From positions 31,744,001 to 31,808,000 of the forward strand of contig OX638149.1 in NCBI GenBank assembly GCA_951804945.1: 64,000 nucleotides of DNA. The letters are read 5' to 3'. The position numbers and the translations under genes were made by a program. Shown here piece after piece: positions 46,400 to 60,640 of the stretch. The stretch comes from Podarcis cretensis (Eukaryota). How positions within the stretch are numbered: the stretch's first letter is position 1; each line of letters starts with the position of its first letter. The notes below the pieces were generated by a model. That model was not told the origin of the DNA, searched no databases, and saw only the letters and a program-made list of their open reading frames with translations.

Positions 46400-46810
46400 A
46401 CTCTGGCATTGATTGAAACAACACAGCCACAGATGCAATAGCAGCTATGGGGAAACCCACAAGCAGGCTTTGAACACAAGAGCATTCTTTCCTCCTGTGG
46501 TGTCCAGAAGTATTACTGCCTCCAACTGCAGAGGCAGAGCACAGCCCTCTTCTCCATGAATTTGTCCAATCCTCTTCTAAAGCCATTCAGACTGGTGGCC
46601 ATCACTGCCTCCTGTGGGAGCAAGTTCTATCGTTTAACGACGCGCCGCACGAAGAAGTATTTTTTTTAATCTGTCCTGAATCTTCAAGCATTCAGCTTCA
46701 TTGGATGTCAGTGAGTTCTAGCATTATGAAAGTCTATTTGCTTTCTCAACGCCATGCACAATTTTACAAACTTCTATCATGTCACTTCTTAATTGCATTT
46801 TTCCTAAAAG
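46400..46810 (-). mobile_element. CR1 LINE 3' end (RT C-terminus and 3'UTR); other CR1 pieces at about 40470-40570 and 60310-60515 (+)
   Basis: Reverse strand reads RFRTD..KYFF..RVVKR.NLLPQEAVMATSLNGFRRGLDKFMEK. Confidence 0.8.
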
Positions 46811-49800
46811 TCTCTCAAGGTGGACATTGCTCCATCTAGTTCAGTACCATCTACACTGACTTGGAGTGAAAAGCACGTGCTCTGAAACTGAGTTACTGCT
46901 GTTCCCCTGCAACAGGAGCCATTCTGATGCAGAAATATCCTAAGTGCTCAAGAACCAGAAGCAATTCTGTTGGCTGCAGAACACAGAGGAACTTTCCTCT
47001 GCAAAGGGCTCTTGCAGAACTCAGCAACAAAAGCAAGCTTTTACAATATAACCCAGACTCTCCCACTGCCAGATAACCCACTGTTTTCCAATAGCCCTGT
47101 CTGAAGAATGCAAATCAACAATTCTCACTTACACTCTCCATGTCAGATTGCATGGATACTGCTTCCATTTGAGATTTATATCCTAGGCATTATACAGAAC
47201 TCAAAATGGGGAAAAACTTCTCTTTGAGGGTCACTGATTTATGAGAAGAAATAAAGAGGGAATGGAAAAAAGAAAGAAGGGGGAAAGTAGAGGGAGGGAC
47301 ACACACACACTGAAGAAAGGATTGAACCAGGAGTTCCCAAGCTATGAGCCAGAAAAGCCAACCCCCATTCCTTCTTCTCAGCTGTTACACTAAAAATACA
47401 TTAAATACATTCCTGGCATGATTTTTCTATGTGTATGACCGAAGTTATTTCCAAAATAAGTTATGGCACTGTGGACCAAAGGCTAAAGGACCCTGAAAAT
47501 GGCAAACGTAAACCACCCTAGGAACAAACTAAAGAATGAGAAGAAAGTTAAGAATGAGGATAGCAGTAAGAAAAAGCACATCGAGCGTGATCAGAAGGGA
47601 AATAAAGAGAGAATTCCATGTAGTCATTGAATGGCTGTTGCGCTTTATATTCAAAAGCAGAAACTGAGCCAGGAAAGTGTGTGCTTTGGTGCATAGTCTT
47701 TTTCTTTTAGCAGGATGCTTCACCTAAAAATCTTTCATGATACAAACAACATTATCAAAAACACAGTTTGAGAAATGAGCTTATGTAGGACTCACAGTTT
47801 GAACAATTTAAATCAAGGATGGATAATTTTTATCAACCAAAGGGGCACGTTCCAGTCCAGCGGTATAGCATGGGAAGTGGGGTGTGACTGGGGAGGAAAT
47901 ATGCTCTGGAGGGAGTCCCAAGGGCCAAACAGGGAGTGCTGCAGGGAAGCATTTGATCCCCTGACCTGAGGTCCCCCATCTGTGATTTAGATAATTCAAA
48001 AGCAAGGAAATGCAACTTTGAACAATCTCTACACTTCAGTGGCCAACATGGCAGCCCTATTGTTACAATGGAATAGGAAGTAGTGAAAATAATTGGGATC
48101 TCTAAAAAACTGAAAGGGAACCTGCCTAAAAACAAAGAAAAAGATGAATTTATCAAACGTGACCCACCTAAAATCCAAGCACACTATTATTTTGTGAGAG
48201 GAAATTAATACTTGAACATTATTAATAACTTACGGAGCATTTATCTGCCAATTTCTATATAAATGATGTGTTTTACTCTCACAACCATCCTGGGACATCA
48301 ATAATTAAGTTTTCAATTTTAGAATTTAAAGAACTGAGGTTAAAGAAAAAGCTACTCACCCAGGGCTATACAAGGCCATGGGCAAAGAGGGAATGAATTC
48401 TGGTCTTGTACATCGAAACCTATTACACATGTATTATAACGTCCTTTTTTATATTCTTTAATTCATGTTTTAAACTATTACTTAATGATTTGTGAAACTT
48501 GAATGGTACATATAACGAATTAATAGGTTATGGTGGCAGTGGCTATGTGGATTTTTGCTGCAGCCTGATGTCAGCATGTAGATTTATGGCAAACCCCGCT
48601 GGTTACTAAGGGCAAAGCCAGATCATTTATATTTTGTTGCTTTTCGACATTTAAATTATACTGATCTTATGTTTAACTAAATTAACCTACAGTGTGTGCT
48701 GTGAGAGCCTCTGCTGCTGAACAACCCCCTTTCTTCAATAATGGAAACTTCAGTGTTGCCTGAGCCTGCGGCATGGCAAAGATCTCTGTAACTACAACTC
48801 TGAACGGCTGTGCTTGGAGGGAAGGAGGAGGAGTGCGGGGGATGCAAGCAGAGGTTTAACAAAGAATCACTTTAACAGAAACTCCTGAGTAATGGCTTTG
48901 CCCCAAGCCAAGAACAACATCATCTCAATGTCAGCAATTAGAAGAGGGATCAGCCAGGCAGCACGGCCCCCTTCAACCCCCCTACAGACACAGCTTTGCT
49001 CACAGGGCTACCCTGAGCTGAGCACTGCCCACGTGGAGCCCTTTGGATAAAAGATTAAAAATGTGCCGACTATTTCTGCTCTGCTAGTACAGAGGGAAGT
49101 ACAAATGGAGGGACAGTACACAGTGGGTCCTAACAACCAAGCCGGGGACTGCTGAACTACAAGGGATCTTTTCTATATGTTTGCTTTCCAGAATCCGTTG
49201 TGAAACTGTGCCATTAAGTTATTCTTCAGCTTATTTGTGTACCTAATGCTTATGGGTTTATGGGAGAGGGGATTAGAAAATATGCTTATAAAAGCAAGGC
49301 TAAGTAATAGCGTGTAAGATGTGCAGTTGAGTGAATGTTGTTTCAGAATAAGCAAATATGGGGAGAGATTATTAATTTGCTTCCATTCTGTGCCTTATCC
49401 ACTTAAAATTATTAGTTCAAGTCTGAGAGAAGTCTGTGGGGCTATAACATAAACACAAAAAAACCTGGATTGTGATTCTTTAAAATTTTGGCTTCTGAGG
49501 ATGAAGAAAAGACTAAAGGTTTGTAGGTGGCATTTCCTGTAAATGCTTGTGATCAGATGGTGTGGCTTTCTGCACAGGCCCATTCCTCTTTAAAGCTCTC
49601 CGTTGCCATTTACAATTTGTAGGGGTTGGAAGAAACAGGGAAGTAGCTATGCAAATCAAAATGCATTTACGTAAACCTGCATAATTTGTGCAATTGAACA
49701 AAATTGGGTATGGGTGCTTTATTTACAGCATTTAGCTTTATTTTGAACACTGATCTATTCGGAATGGGTTTGGAATCTAACAATGATACATCTTCCAAGA

Positions 49801-49823
49801 CGGACTCACTCATCTTAAGTTAC

Positions 49824-50022
49824 CTGGTGCCGGGCTCGGCTCTGGTCCAAAAGCTGCCGAGACTGAAGCTTCTGCTGTTGGAGCTGCTGCAGGGCAAAAT
49901 GAAGCTGATAGCTGCCGGCACTTGGCGGGGCCCTGGGAAGCCCTGGTTGGCCTCCTATCAATTTACTGCGTATGCAGTTCTCTGTATCTCCTTCCCAGGC
50001 AAAGTTGTCAGTCTCCAGGGTC
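49824..50022 (-). CDS. TTLL5: TTLL5 internal exon (199 nt)
   Basis: Acceptor ctttctcactgcag. Encodes [66 protein letters not shown], matching recalled human FAWEGEVEN...[32 protein letters not shown]. Donor CAG|GTAACT. Confidence 0.95.
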
Positions 50023-50285
50023 CTGCAGTGAGAAAGGATCCATTTTAAAAGTTTTACGTTTTAATCAGCCTGCATACAAAGAGAGAGAGCAGGCCTAAAG
50101 ACCTCTCTTGTTGTTCAAGGAGCTATATGAGTTTTTGCCAGTGAATAGTCCTCCTACAAGAGGGGGCGGGGGAAGCACCTTCACCAAATGTTTCATGCTA
50201 TTTTAGTGGTGCTAAAATGTACCAAATTTCAACCATTTGTTTATTGTGGACTACACCCTCACACAATGAATAGCCAAAGCTTGTA

Positions 50286-50517
50286 CAGTGGTACATATGC
50301 TTCAGGTTACATACGCTTCAGGTTACAGACTCCGCTAACCCAGAAATAGTACCTCGGGTTAAGAACTTTGCTTCAGGATGAGAACAGAAATTGTGTTCCG
50401 GCGGCGCGGCAGCAGCAAGAGGATCCATTAGCTAAAGTGGTGCTTCAGGTTAAGAACAGTTTCAGGTTAAGAACGGACCTCCGGAACGAATTAAGTACTT
50501 AACCCGAGATACCACTG
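50286..50517. mobile_element. Tc1/mariner-type MITE
   Basis: TA|CAGTGGTAC...GATACCACTG|TA. Body closely matches the 21741 copy. Confidence 0.85.
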
Positions 50518-51893
50518 TATTTGCTGCTCTCCTCTTCCACCTGATGGAAAGGGTAGGCTTGATAATGCAAGATGTCATTTGAGATATGTGGGATATGTAT
50601 AACTCATAATACTCTTTCGCAGGAGTCCTCCTCTTCCCCCACACCAAGCACACGAACTCTAGGATATTGTAATAATATCAATAACCAGAAATATATATAT
50701 ATATATACAGTGTCAACTGGGTCCCTACAAAGAATTCTCAGTAAGCACAGAAATAAAAATTACAACCTAGAAGGCCTTGTGCGCCTGTCTCTAGAAAGAT
50801 GAGGCAAACTCAGCCAATCAATGTTTGCTCTCCTTCCTACCCCTCAATAACAGACATTTACCATAAGTAAAACATTCCTATTTTCTCTGAGAAAAGGGAG
50901 GATGGCATCCTTTGGGATATATCACAGGAGTAAAAACAAACTGGAAAAGGGGTGGGAAACCAGTGAGACACGTCTACTTGTGCCAGTGTGTAAGTTACCT
51001 GAATGAAGTTCATGGACCACTGGTATACCACAGTTTGGGAATTCTGGCTTTTATAATTAAACAACAACATACTGGAATTTGACTCAGCCATCCCTGTGAC
51101 CAATGCCCCAGAAATACAATTTTGATAGAATTCTCTCTAATTTGTGGCTACTGTAAAATTTGAGCCTACAGTACACTGAATTAAAAAGAACTCTATACTT
51201 CCTCCAGAATCTCCACATGCAAATTTTGGTCCCATTATAAAATATACCTATGTATTACTGTGTTATGTTTATGTCAACATCTAATATACTGGGAAAACCA
51301 TTTAACTTGCTGCTTATTGATCAATTTCTCACATTCTCACATTCTTTTTTCTGTTCCCTAATTTCCTAATTTTGCTCCAGTTTGTTCAAGAAGGTTCTTA
51401 TTTTAATATACTGAAAGAATGGTGGTATGAAATTCTTGTATTGTTGATAAAAGACTCGCATGCGTGAATAACCGTGGAAGAGCACTTATTGTACAATACC
51501 AGCCATGTTCTGGGAAAGTGCTATATCCACTTTCTCCAAGCACAAAAGGAACAAATAGGATTTTAGAAAGTGATACAGAAGATACAAGACTGAAAGGGAA
51601 TCATGGTGCTGACAGAGTAGATATGATTACAGAGCAACATGCAGTATTACTGTAATAATTTGCCCAGAACCTAGGAATCTTATAGAGATTAGAAATGGAT
51701 ATGTAGACTCTGGCACCAAGAAGAAGGGCACCAACAGTCCATTTTTAGCCCCCAAAACAGGTATACAAGAATCCAGATTGCACACACAAAAACCCAGTTA
51801 CTCCGAAATTCCTAGATGCCTAATTCCATCATGTTTATGTGATTTTATACGAAGTGCTCTCACATAGCCAAATGAGATTGACCAGACCAATTA

Positions 51894-52286
51894 CCGTATT
51901 TTTCACTCTATAAGACACACTTTTTCCCTTCTAAAAAGTAAGGGAAAATGTGTGTGCATCTTATGGAGCAAATGCAGGCTGCACGGCTAAGCCCAAAGCC
52001 AGAACAGCGAGACGGAGCGCTGTGCAGTGCTCTGTCTCACTGTTCTAGCTTGGGGATGGCTGCACAAAGCCTCCACAGGGCAGCAGGGTGCCTTCACCCC
52101 GCTGCCCTGTGAAGGCTTCAAAGGCTGTCCCTGAAGCCAGAACAGCAAGAGGCTATCCCAGAAGCCAGATCCCTCTTGCTGTTCTGACTTCTGGGGTTCA
52201 GAATTTTTTCCTTGTTTCCTCCCCCCCCCCCCCCCCGACTAGTTGCGTCTTATCGTCCGGTGCATCCTATAGAGCAAAAAATACGG
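51894..52286. mobile_element. Tc1/mariner/Tigger-like MITE (CCGTATTTTT TIR, TA TSD)
   Basis: TA|CCGTATTTTTCACTCTATAAGAC...CCTATAGAGCAAAAAATACGG|TA. Confidence 0.8.
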
Positions 52287-52892
52287 TAAATACATGAGGA
52301 TTTCCTGTGTATTAGGAGACAGAAAAATGCACAGGAAGCGGCCGAGGAAGCTTGGTAAAGGCAGGGCTACACATGGAACTGGCTCATGATGCTTGAAGTT
52401 GGTTTTGTCTTGTTCATCACACTAGTATAATAGCTGACCAAAAAGTAAGGTCTTCAAATAAGCAGACACCTTTTCAAAGGACAAAAGCATTGTTACAACC
52501 CTGCCATCAACAGAGGGAGCTCAGCTGTGAATTGCAATGTGATACATGCCAATAGAAGCCTGCCTGTTTGCTTTGAAGTTTGAGTTTGTGGGCCTGGCTG
52601 CAGTACTGCACTCTTCTAGGCCAGGCACACTTGTTTTGTGGAGAACAGGTGGTAGATTGACAGGGCCTGGAATATGAAGCCCCTAAAAAGCACATCACAT
52701 GTCTCAATGGCTCCTGGAACTTGGTTTAACTAAAAAAAAAAAGAAAAAAAAGCCATGAAGCTCCTCCATGCTTAGTCTGTCAGCTCTACATGCTTCCTCA
52801 CTGGTATGTTCTTTAGATTGTGTCTTTTGTGACAGAATCTTTTGTTTTCATCCACAGAAACATACATTTAGAACTATTACTACATTAAGGCT

Positions 52893-53595
52893 ATGTGCAG
52901 CTTTCTCCCAATTGAAGTGCAGGTTTGAGGACCAGGACATCAAAATGCTTGTTTGCAAAGCTATTGTACTACCAACCTTACTGTATGCTTGTGAAACATG
53001 GACCACTTATAAATGCCATCTCCAACTCCTCGAAAGATTCCATCAATGGTATCTCTGAAAAATTCTACATATCACTTGGGAAGACAGGCGAAATAATGCC
53101 AGTGTACTAAAAGAAGCAAAGATCACCAGTGTCGAAGCAAAGATTCAACATAAAGTTTGTTGGACTGGTTATGTTGTTCGGATGCCTGATTATCGTCTTC
53201 CAAAGCAACTACTCTATTCCGAACCTAAATATGGAAAGTGTAATGCTGGTGGTCAACAAAAGATGTTTAAAGATGCTCTCAAGGCAAATCTTTAAAAATG
53301 TAGGATAAACAACAATTGGGAAACAATGGCCTGTGAGCGCTCCAATTGGAGAACAGCATTTACCAAAGGTGTCATGGGCTTTGAAGACGCTTGAACTCAG
53401 GATGAAAGAGAGAAACGTGCATATTTGGCAAACCCTCATAATGACCAACTCCCACCCGGAAACCTATGTCCCCACTGTGGAAGGACGTGTGGATCCAGAA
53501 TTGGCTTCCACAGTCACTTACAGACTCACTGTTAAGACCATGTTCATGGAAGACAATCTTACTTGGCTGCGAGTGATCGCCAAAGAGAAGCAGCA
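52893..53595 (+). mobile_element. Decayed RTE-clade LINE 3' portion with C-terminal zinc finger
   Basis: KAIVLPTLLYACETWT...ERFHQ...RMPDYRLPKQLLYSE...LCPHCGRTCGSRIGFHSHLQTH, with stops. Confidence 0.88.
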
Positions 53596-54820
53596 GCACT
53601 GTTATACCTAGCCATTAACCTCTGAGGCTTGGATCATCAACTTGCTCTATACTAGTGACCTTGATTATCCTCTAAACCCCAAGTCATGGAATGCAAATTG
53701 AGGCTTTACAACACTGCTGGTGTGTACATATAGGCACATGCCAATCCCTTTCAGGCTTGTCTGGCAAAAAAAGCCTAGGGGCTGGAGGAGTCAAGATACC
53801 TAGCAACTTGGGGGTGGGGGCATTGGGCTTTTGTGGTGCTAACAGTGAACATTTGCTATTCTACTCTATTTTGAACCTAGCCAGATTCTGATGCCTCAGG
53901 TTTAACACAGCAGTATTTTCTCCCTTTAAGTCTAGTGACCTAGATTGATAGCCAAATCCCTACTGCATGTCCTGACTGGCTCTTTTCAGTCCCAACTTGC
54001 TATAGAAGACCTAGTCTACTCCCAAAGTCACTCCTGCTGCAGGCAATATATCCTGTTATCCAATTCATTCACCCTTATTTTTCACCTAAACTTCGTTGCA
54101 CCTAAACTTCACTCCATAACCCCCAAGGCCCTTGTAGAGGTTTTCACAGAACCCCGCTTAAGTCTTGTCTACTTATGACTCTGTGTTATAACTTAAGAGT
54201 CAAAGTTACTCTTGGATATGCAAGCAAAAGCAACATCCAGCATGGCCAGAGACTCTGGCCTGCATCTCATGTGAATCACTATCCTGCATCTGTGAAAGTG
54301 CTGAAAACAAACATATAAGGCTGCATTGTTCTTATACGCACATAGCTATATGCCCACAAATTATTTGTAGCTTTCCTTAGTGGCCTAGAATGAATGCCCT
54401 AGATATTCTCACCAGAGCTGTGAGCTGTCCAGATACTACACTCCTACTATCTACAAATGGCAAAAAGCTACAATGCAGCTGGAAAGCAGAAAAAGAGGAA
54501 CTTTTTCCTATGAAGAGTAAGCAACAGAAGCAGAGGGGCATTCTAAATCCTTTGAATATATGTAATTCAGAACCCTGACTTTCAGCACAAATTTATGTTT
54601 TCAGGACAATTATCAATATAGCTAAAATAGAATTTAAAAAGATTTAAAAGCCATGGTTCCATCTAGGCTGCAAGCCTGTAGTTAGAGTATTTCAAAAAGC
54701 TTTTTTAAAGTTGTTGAGGGGAGATCTAAACATGGTATCTGAGATGTGAAAAGAATACTACAACCTAAGCTTCTTAGTATCTTCCTTTGCTGTTGGAACA
54801 GCTCTCTTTTCTATTTGGTC

Positions 54821-55200
54821 TCAACCAAAACCGCCTCCGGTGGTTCTCAAAATTAGGGGATTTGGCCCTGAGAATGACATGTCTGACACCCCACCCAGGT
54901 CAACGTCATAATTCCTCAGCCAGTTGTTCCTTCTGGACAACCTGTTAACCACTAGGCTTCTGGCATCAAACTGAATGGCATCAAAGCAAGAATCTGCCAA
55001 GAATGCCACAGATAAGGCAATTTAAAAAGAAAAATCAAACCACCCATTTTTAAAGGGCTCATGCCTTGACAAGATTAGCCCATTATGTAGGGAGTCTTAG
55101 TAGCCTTCCTCACCAAAGAGCTTGCTTCCACTTTCTCCTGTTTGCTATCATCAGTTCATTTATTGAATGGGCCTGTTTGCCTATGATAAGAAGTCCAAAT
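54821..55200 (-). mobile_element. DIRS gag-like fragment
   Basis: KIALSVAFLADSCFDAIQFDARSLVVNRLSRRNNWLRNYDVD resembles the recalled vertebrate DIRS ORF1 motif AFLADA..DA...AR......RR..WLR.W.AD. Confidence 0.6.
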
Positions 55201-55759
55201 TCCCCATAGTGGTACTGCCCTATGTGTCAGGTGAGATAGCACTGACTTCCAATGGCCTGGCCTCTATAGCATTGGTGGTGCGGCTTGTGGCCTCCATGAC
55301 TGTGTTTTGCCAAACGGTACATTTGCCACACTGCAGGAGCATTACTAAGGGCCTGGTTCTTCACATGCCACCAACTGTGGTGACCAGACCCAAAAACAAT
55401 AGGAAAAGAGTGTTTCTCTATCTTCATGGGAAAAGTCTTCCTTCCCTTCCTAGGATGTGCCAGAGGAGAGAGGGAAGGAGAGGAAGAGGTGAAACAAAAA
55501 AACAATGTGAAGAGAAAGCTAGATCAGGTTAGGATCTTAAGAAGACAAAATAATCATGACCTACAGACTCATTATGCTAGTCTGGGGACTGATGTGTGGT
55601 TTCTCCTTTGGAAGGAAGGAAGTTATTTAACTGTGCTTATGGGCTGCGATAGGATATGCCATCCTGTTCAATACCCTCCAGACAGGGCTTTTTTTCTAGA
55701 AAAAGAGGGGGAGCATCACCTCCACTGTGCAGCCCCAAGCACCATGCAGGAACTTGGTT

Positions 55760-57070
55760 CCGGTGAATTCCGGCTTTAGAAAGTCCTGCCTCCAGGAGCT
55801 TCTGGACAATTTAGTACTGGACATGAATGGTCTCTATAAATTGAGTACGGAATCTCTGTGAAGGCAAAAAGGTCCAGAAACAGTCAGACTAACTGGCATA
55901 CCAAATATCCGAAGATCTTGAACTTGAGAGCACATCATTCCAACTCCTGGATTGATGTCTTACTGAACCAGTCAGCCATCTAGTAGAACCCACCAGATTG
56001 ACAGAAAGCACTAACAGAACCACACACCCCTTCTTCCTGAATGCTTGTAGGGCCACCAAGCAGCTCTAACCATTTTATGTTTGGGCAGAACTCCAACTGA
56101 GATCAAGTCTGTTGAGCCACATGATCCCTTAGGTGGGCTTCCCATTGGACCATTGTTACTATGGGCTCTCTAATTCTGACTCATTCTACATGACTGCTTA
56201 TGTGAGTTCAACCACAAGTCCAGTGTTAGGTAGATATGGTCTGTGATCATCACCCTTCAGATGTGTGAGGGAAGCTATCTCATATTTATATTCTTATATG
56301 TTCTTATGTACACTGGGAGTGGTAAAAGAAGCTCTTGCAGAGATCTGGAGGAGAGACATGACCATCATGTCTAATATTTGAGCCAAGGTCATAATAGTAA
56401 TGCTTTGCTGTCTTGTCATTGACAACTGAAAAATCTTGTGTTTTTGTTTATCAGCAAGGAACATTCTGTACTGTGCAATGTCCAGGATAAGCCCCAAGTG
56501 CTCCAGGCATTGCCTGGGAATCAGTGAGTTCTTTGTCCGGTTCACAACACAGTCAAGGGTCTAAGGCATGAAAGTACGGCCTGGGTGTTGGTCAAGCTCT
56601 TTTCCTTTAGCCAACTGGATATAGATGCCCTGCATCTATAGACATGTGCCCTGCATCCTAAAGTGTGCACCAGGACCTTGGGAAACAGCCATGGAGCCAA
56701 AGTTAGGCAAAAACATAATACAATGCAGTAAAAATGGCAAAAGTTATTCCAATCTCTGAAAGGAATGTGGAAATATGCCTTGTACAAATAAATGAATGCT
56801 ACAAATTCCTGTTTATAGAAGCCAAAAAGGATTTCAGCATTTCCATCCTGAAGCACTGCTAGCCAAGTGACTAGTTCACTCACTTCAGGTCCAGGATGGC
56901 TTATTTCATTTTATTTAGAAGAAGAAGAAAGAAAAGAATATCCCTCTATTAAGTATACTCTGGAGCACTTGTTGGAATGAGGCACTGCTACAATGGCTTG
57001 AATTTCCAGGTGTTGAATCACAACCATGAAGAGTCAGTGCTTTGCCTGGTAATGCCTGTGCAAAGAAATA
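55760..57070 (-). mobile_element. Decayed DIRS1-like (tyrosine-recombinase) retrotransposon, RT/RNase H region
   Basis: Collinear motifs on the minus strand: IQAIVAVP, AILDLK, KAYFHIP, LTLAPWLFPKVL, KNSLIPRQCLEHLGLILD, WEAHL...NIKWLEL, MADWFS, LDLFA. Confidence 0.8.
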
Positions 57071-60000
57071 CCACGGCTCCACTCCCCATGTTTGGGGAAG
57101 GGCGAAAGATGGAGTGGCAGTGACCTACAAGTTTCTTTCCCTCCCAAACCTGAAGGTCTTTCTTCTGTGGATTGTGGATACATGAGTAAAGGGAGAAAAA
57201 AGAGAGGAAATCACTGTAAGAAAAAGATGAACCCAACCAAGCTCATGGCGTGCAGAACCAAGATGAGCTATTGCCAACAGGCATGGCTGGTTCAGGGCAC
57301 CCTTCCTCTTAGAGAAGTTGCTGACAGAAGCTTGGCCCTGCCTCATGATCCAAGGGGAGGGTGCCACCTGACAGGTTATCAGAATGCTGCCAGAGTTCAG
57401 GCAGGACATCCTCACAGCGCAGGCTACACTTTTGGAAATTTAGCCTGAAGCAATTGACCAAAGCCAAGCGTGGTGGTCTAGAGGAGGAATGTGGCCACGC
57501 ATGATGTAGGTCTGCCAAAACATTAGCTGGCAAAGATGGACTGAAACAGTAGAAGAAGTGAAACACTGGAAGGGCTGTATAAGTAAAATCTAAAGACATT
57601 CAGATTAAACTATTTCTGGATTCAATTGACATTACCCACACTATCATGTTCAGAACAACTAGAATTTGCCAGTTATTAAATATCTAGCTTTTGGCAGAGT
57701 GGGCTTTCACTTAGCCCAAAGTAGCATCTGTGGACCTGTGCCAAGAGTACTGTAACACTGGCCTCTATGAGCTGGGAAATATTTGGCAGCTGAGTGTCTC
57801 ATTTCCCCCCTCTCCTCCCTCTTTTCCTTTCATAGAAAATCAAGCTTTGAAAACAAATGGGAAAACATATGGGAACTAAGTCAAAAGGAAAGTGAGGGGT
57901 CATCTGGTTAAGAGGTTCAGTGCCTCCATCCCATCACAATACATCAGGTCAGAGGAGAAGAGGTAGTAATGGCAGCAATGCTTATCCCCTTTGTGTGATT
58001 TGGATTAGCTGAATCAGAGAGCACACAGCAGCCTCTCTTTCAATTAGCCAAAGCCAAATGGTTAGGTGCACTGAACAGGAAGCAGTCCTGGCTTCTGGAT
58101 GCCTGCACATGCACCTGCACATGGGCCCAGCCTGCTGGAACATTTTAATGATAAAGAATACATGTGATGAGATTAGCATGAATGAGAGAACTGCTGCTAT
58201 TCCATTATTTTGGGAAGAGGAAGAGGTGCCTCTGTAGATAATGCATGCCACAATTCCAAATTCAAAGTATTCCAACAAATGCAAAGCACAGGGAAAGCAG
58301 ATTATCTGGAGAGCATGAGCACAATTCATCTATTGGTATATTACAAAAACTCAATCAAAACACATGAAAAACTGTTCCACAGATGGAAGAATTACTCTTA
58401 CGGCTGCCATGTGTACTATATGCAATTTTACTTTAGCCAGAAAATGATTGAGTTAAATTTGAGACCACATTAAGTAGGCAAAGCAAAACCTAAGCGGCCC
58501 TCTGGTTGGGACACAGTAGAGCAGGGATATCCTATGTGGGCCTTTCAGATACTGTTGGACTAAAACTTCCATCATGCCTGACCATAGGCTGTCTGGGCTG
58601 ATGGGAGCTGGAATCCCACAACATATAGAGGGCACTAGGTTGGAGAAAGCTAGTCCAATGCATCAATAACAGCTCTTTCTGGAGTGCTAGAGTGCTGAAA
58701 GAGGTGTTTATTCATCCAATTGTAGAAAAGAATAAATCTAAAGTACATTTCTAGTGATATATTGGCCCACAAACTTCACAATAACACTGTAGCACAGAAA
58801 GGAATTAATTATTGGATTCTCCAGTCACTGGTTAGTAATACTACTCAATTAAACAGCACAGGTAGGTAGTACCTACTTTCACACCACCAGAATTTTCACA
58901 GAAAGAAGTAACTGCATGCCTCAGATTTCCACAATGACAACTTACATCACTGCCTTTGTTACACAGTCCTGGCTTAAAACTGAAGATCCACAGTAACATA
59001 CTTTGTTCTATAGAGAAAAGTGAAGATGAAAAGCATGAGGGAGATGGAAATTACAAAGCCCAATAGTGAAGAGACAGGAGTGTAAGTTGGTTTCACATAG
59101 CCCCCAAATACACCAAGGCCTAAGGCAGCCTTCTTCAACTTGGTGCTCCTCCAGATGTTTTGAACTACAACTCCTAGAATCCATGACTACTGGCCATGAT
59201 GGCTGGAAGGGAAGCAAGTTGCAGCCTAAAATATCTAGAGGACACTAGATTGGAAAAGGCTGTCCCAAGACATCAGTCTTTCCCAGAAATAATCTCTGGC
59301 AGCCAGATCCTCTCTAACTTTCCAAGAAGCCATTCTCTGTCAGCTAAGGTTATTTCTCTTCTTTAAAGCAAGATTGATCCTCTAAACCTTCAAGGAATGT
59401 ATCTGTGACATTCTTCATGTTTTAGAGAGACAAAAGTATCAGAACACTGCACTAACAAATCTGAACTGCAGAACGAGGGAAGCTTTTTTAAAAAATCCCG
59501 GTAAATATTAGTAAACACCTAGAAAAAGATTTCGAGTGAGTCACATGAGAAGCAGCAGAAGAGCAAGAGAGGGCTTGTGCCAAAAGAATTTTAAACGAAG
59601 TAGAACTAGGTTAAAGCCTTTTACCCCCTTGGCTAATTATTTTCCTCCCTTCCCCCATCTGCAAACATTGGCATGTGCAGCAAAGAATGCAGCATATGAA
59701 GGCTGGGTTCAGAAACACTGCACAGGGCTGAGGCAAAAATACCTGGCAGCTGCTAAAACGAAACTTCAAAGACTCGGCTCACTTTGAAAACACATCAGGC
59801 AGGAGCCACTCTTCCCCCACAGCTTCCCGAGGAGCCTGTGGGAAACTTAACCACTTCAGCATGTTTGGCAGCCTCCAAGCCCATCCAAGCAGGTGATAGC
59901 GAGAAACTGAACGGCAAGAGGAGCATCAGGCAACACTTTCCCTGCACTCCGGGTCTCACTTCCAACAGGAAACACCTAGTACAAGGGCCATGAAGGTACA

Positions 60001-60640
60001 GGTTTGCCACCAGTAGTAGATAAAACCCAGAAGTTAGTAAGTATGTCAACAAAGACACAGGTGCGAGTAGAGGAGACAAGACAGGATCGCTTAGTAATGC
60101 ACCGATAGCTGACACTTCTATGCACATAGTAGCACATAGTTCCTGCTTTCATTATTCAGGGTTACACAGGCATCTTTTTCCACACACAACCTCTTACAGT
60201 TGTTCAGAACAGCAAAAATGAGTTGCAAGGACAACTCCGATCCTAACTTCTGCATAAATCAAGATATTGATTCAAATACTAGATCAGCTGAAAGAGTTTC
60301 ACTCTCAGTCTCCATCTTTAAAATGGACAAAACATCTCAGATGCACATGCCTCCACACTTGGAGGCAATAATGCTTCTGAATACCAGAAGCCACACAAGG
60401 GGAGAATGCTCCTGTCCTGGGGTTCTGCTTGCTGGTTTCCCACTGACCACCGAGAACAGGATGCTGGACTAGACAGAATGGGCATTTAGCCTGATCCAGC
60501 AGGCTCTTCTTATGTTATTTTATAGGCAGAGAAGGTGATTTAACTCTTTACTTCATATCCCTCTCTGATGTTCTAATGGAAAACAAGGCAAAACAAAAGT
60601 GAACTAATGGCATAAGATTACAAGATCTCAACAGACTGAA

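Noticed and set aside
48677-48862. Possible cassette exon between TTLL5 exons 49824 and 43004
   Set aside because: The only phase-0 donor is weak and the peptide has no recognisable homology.
49704-50048. 114-aa plus-strand ORF
   Set aside because: Antisense shadow of the TTLL5 exon at 49824-50022.
59743-60127. Possible further TTLL5 exon (ORF 59795-60127 with a nearby donor)
   Set aside because: No frame resembles TTLL5, and the frames I translated hit stops before the donor. The next upstream exon probably lies beyond the window.
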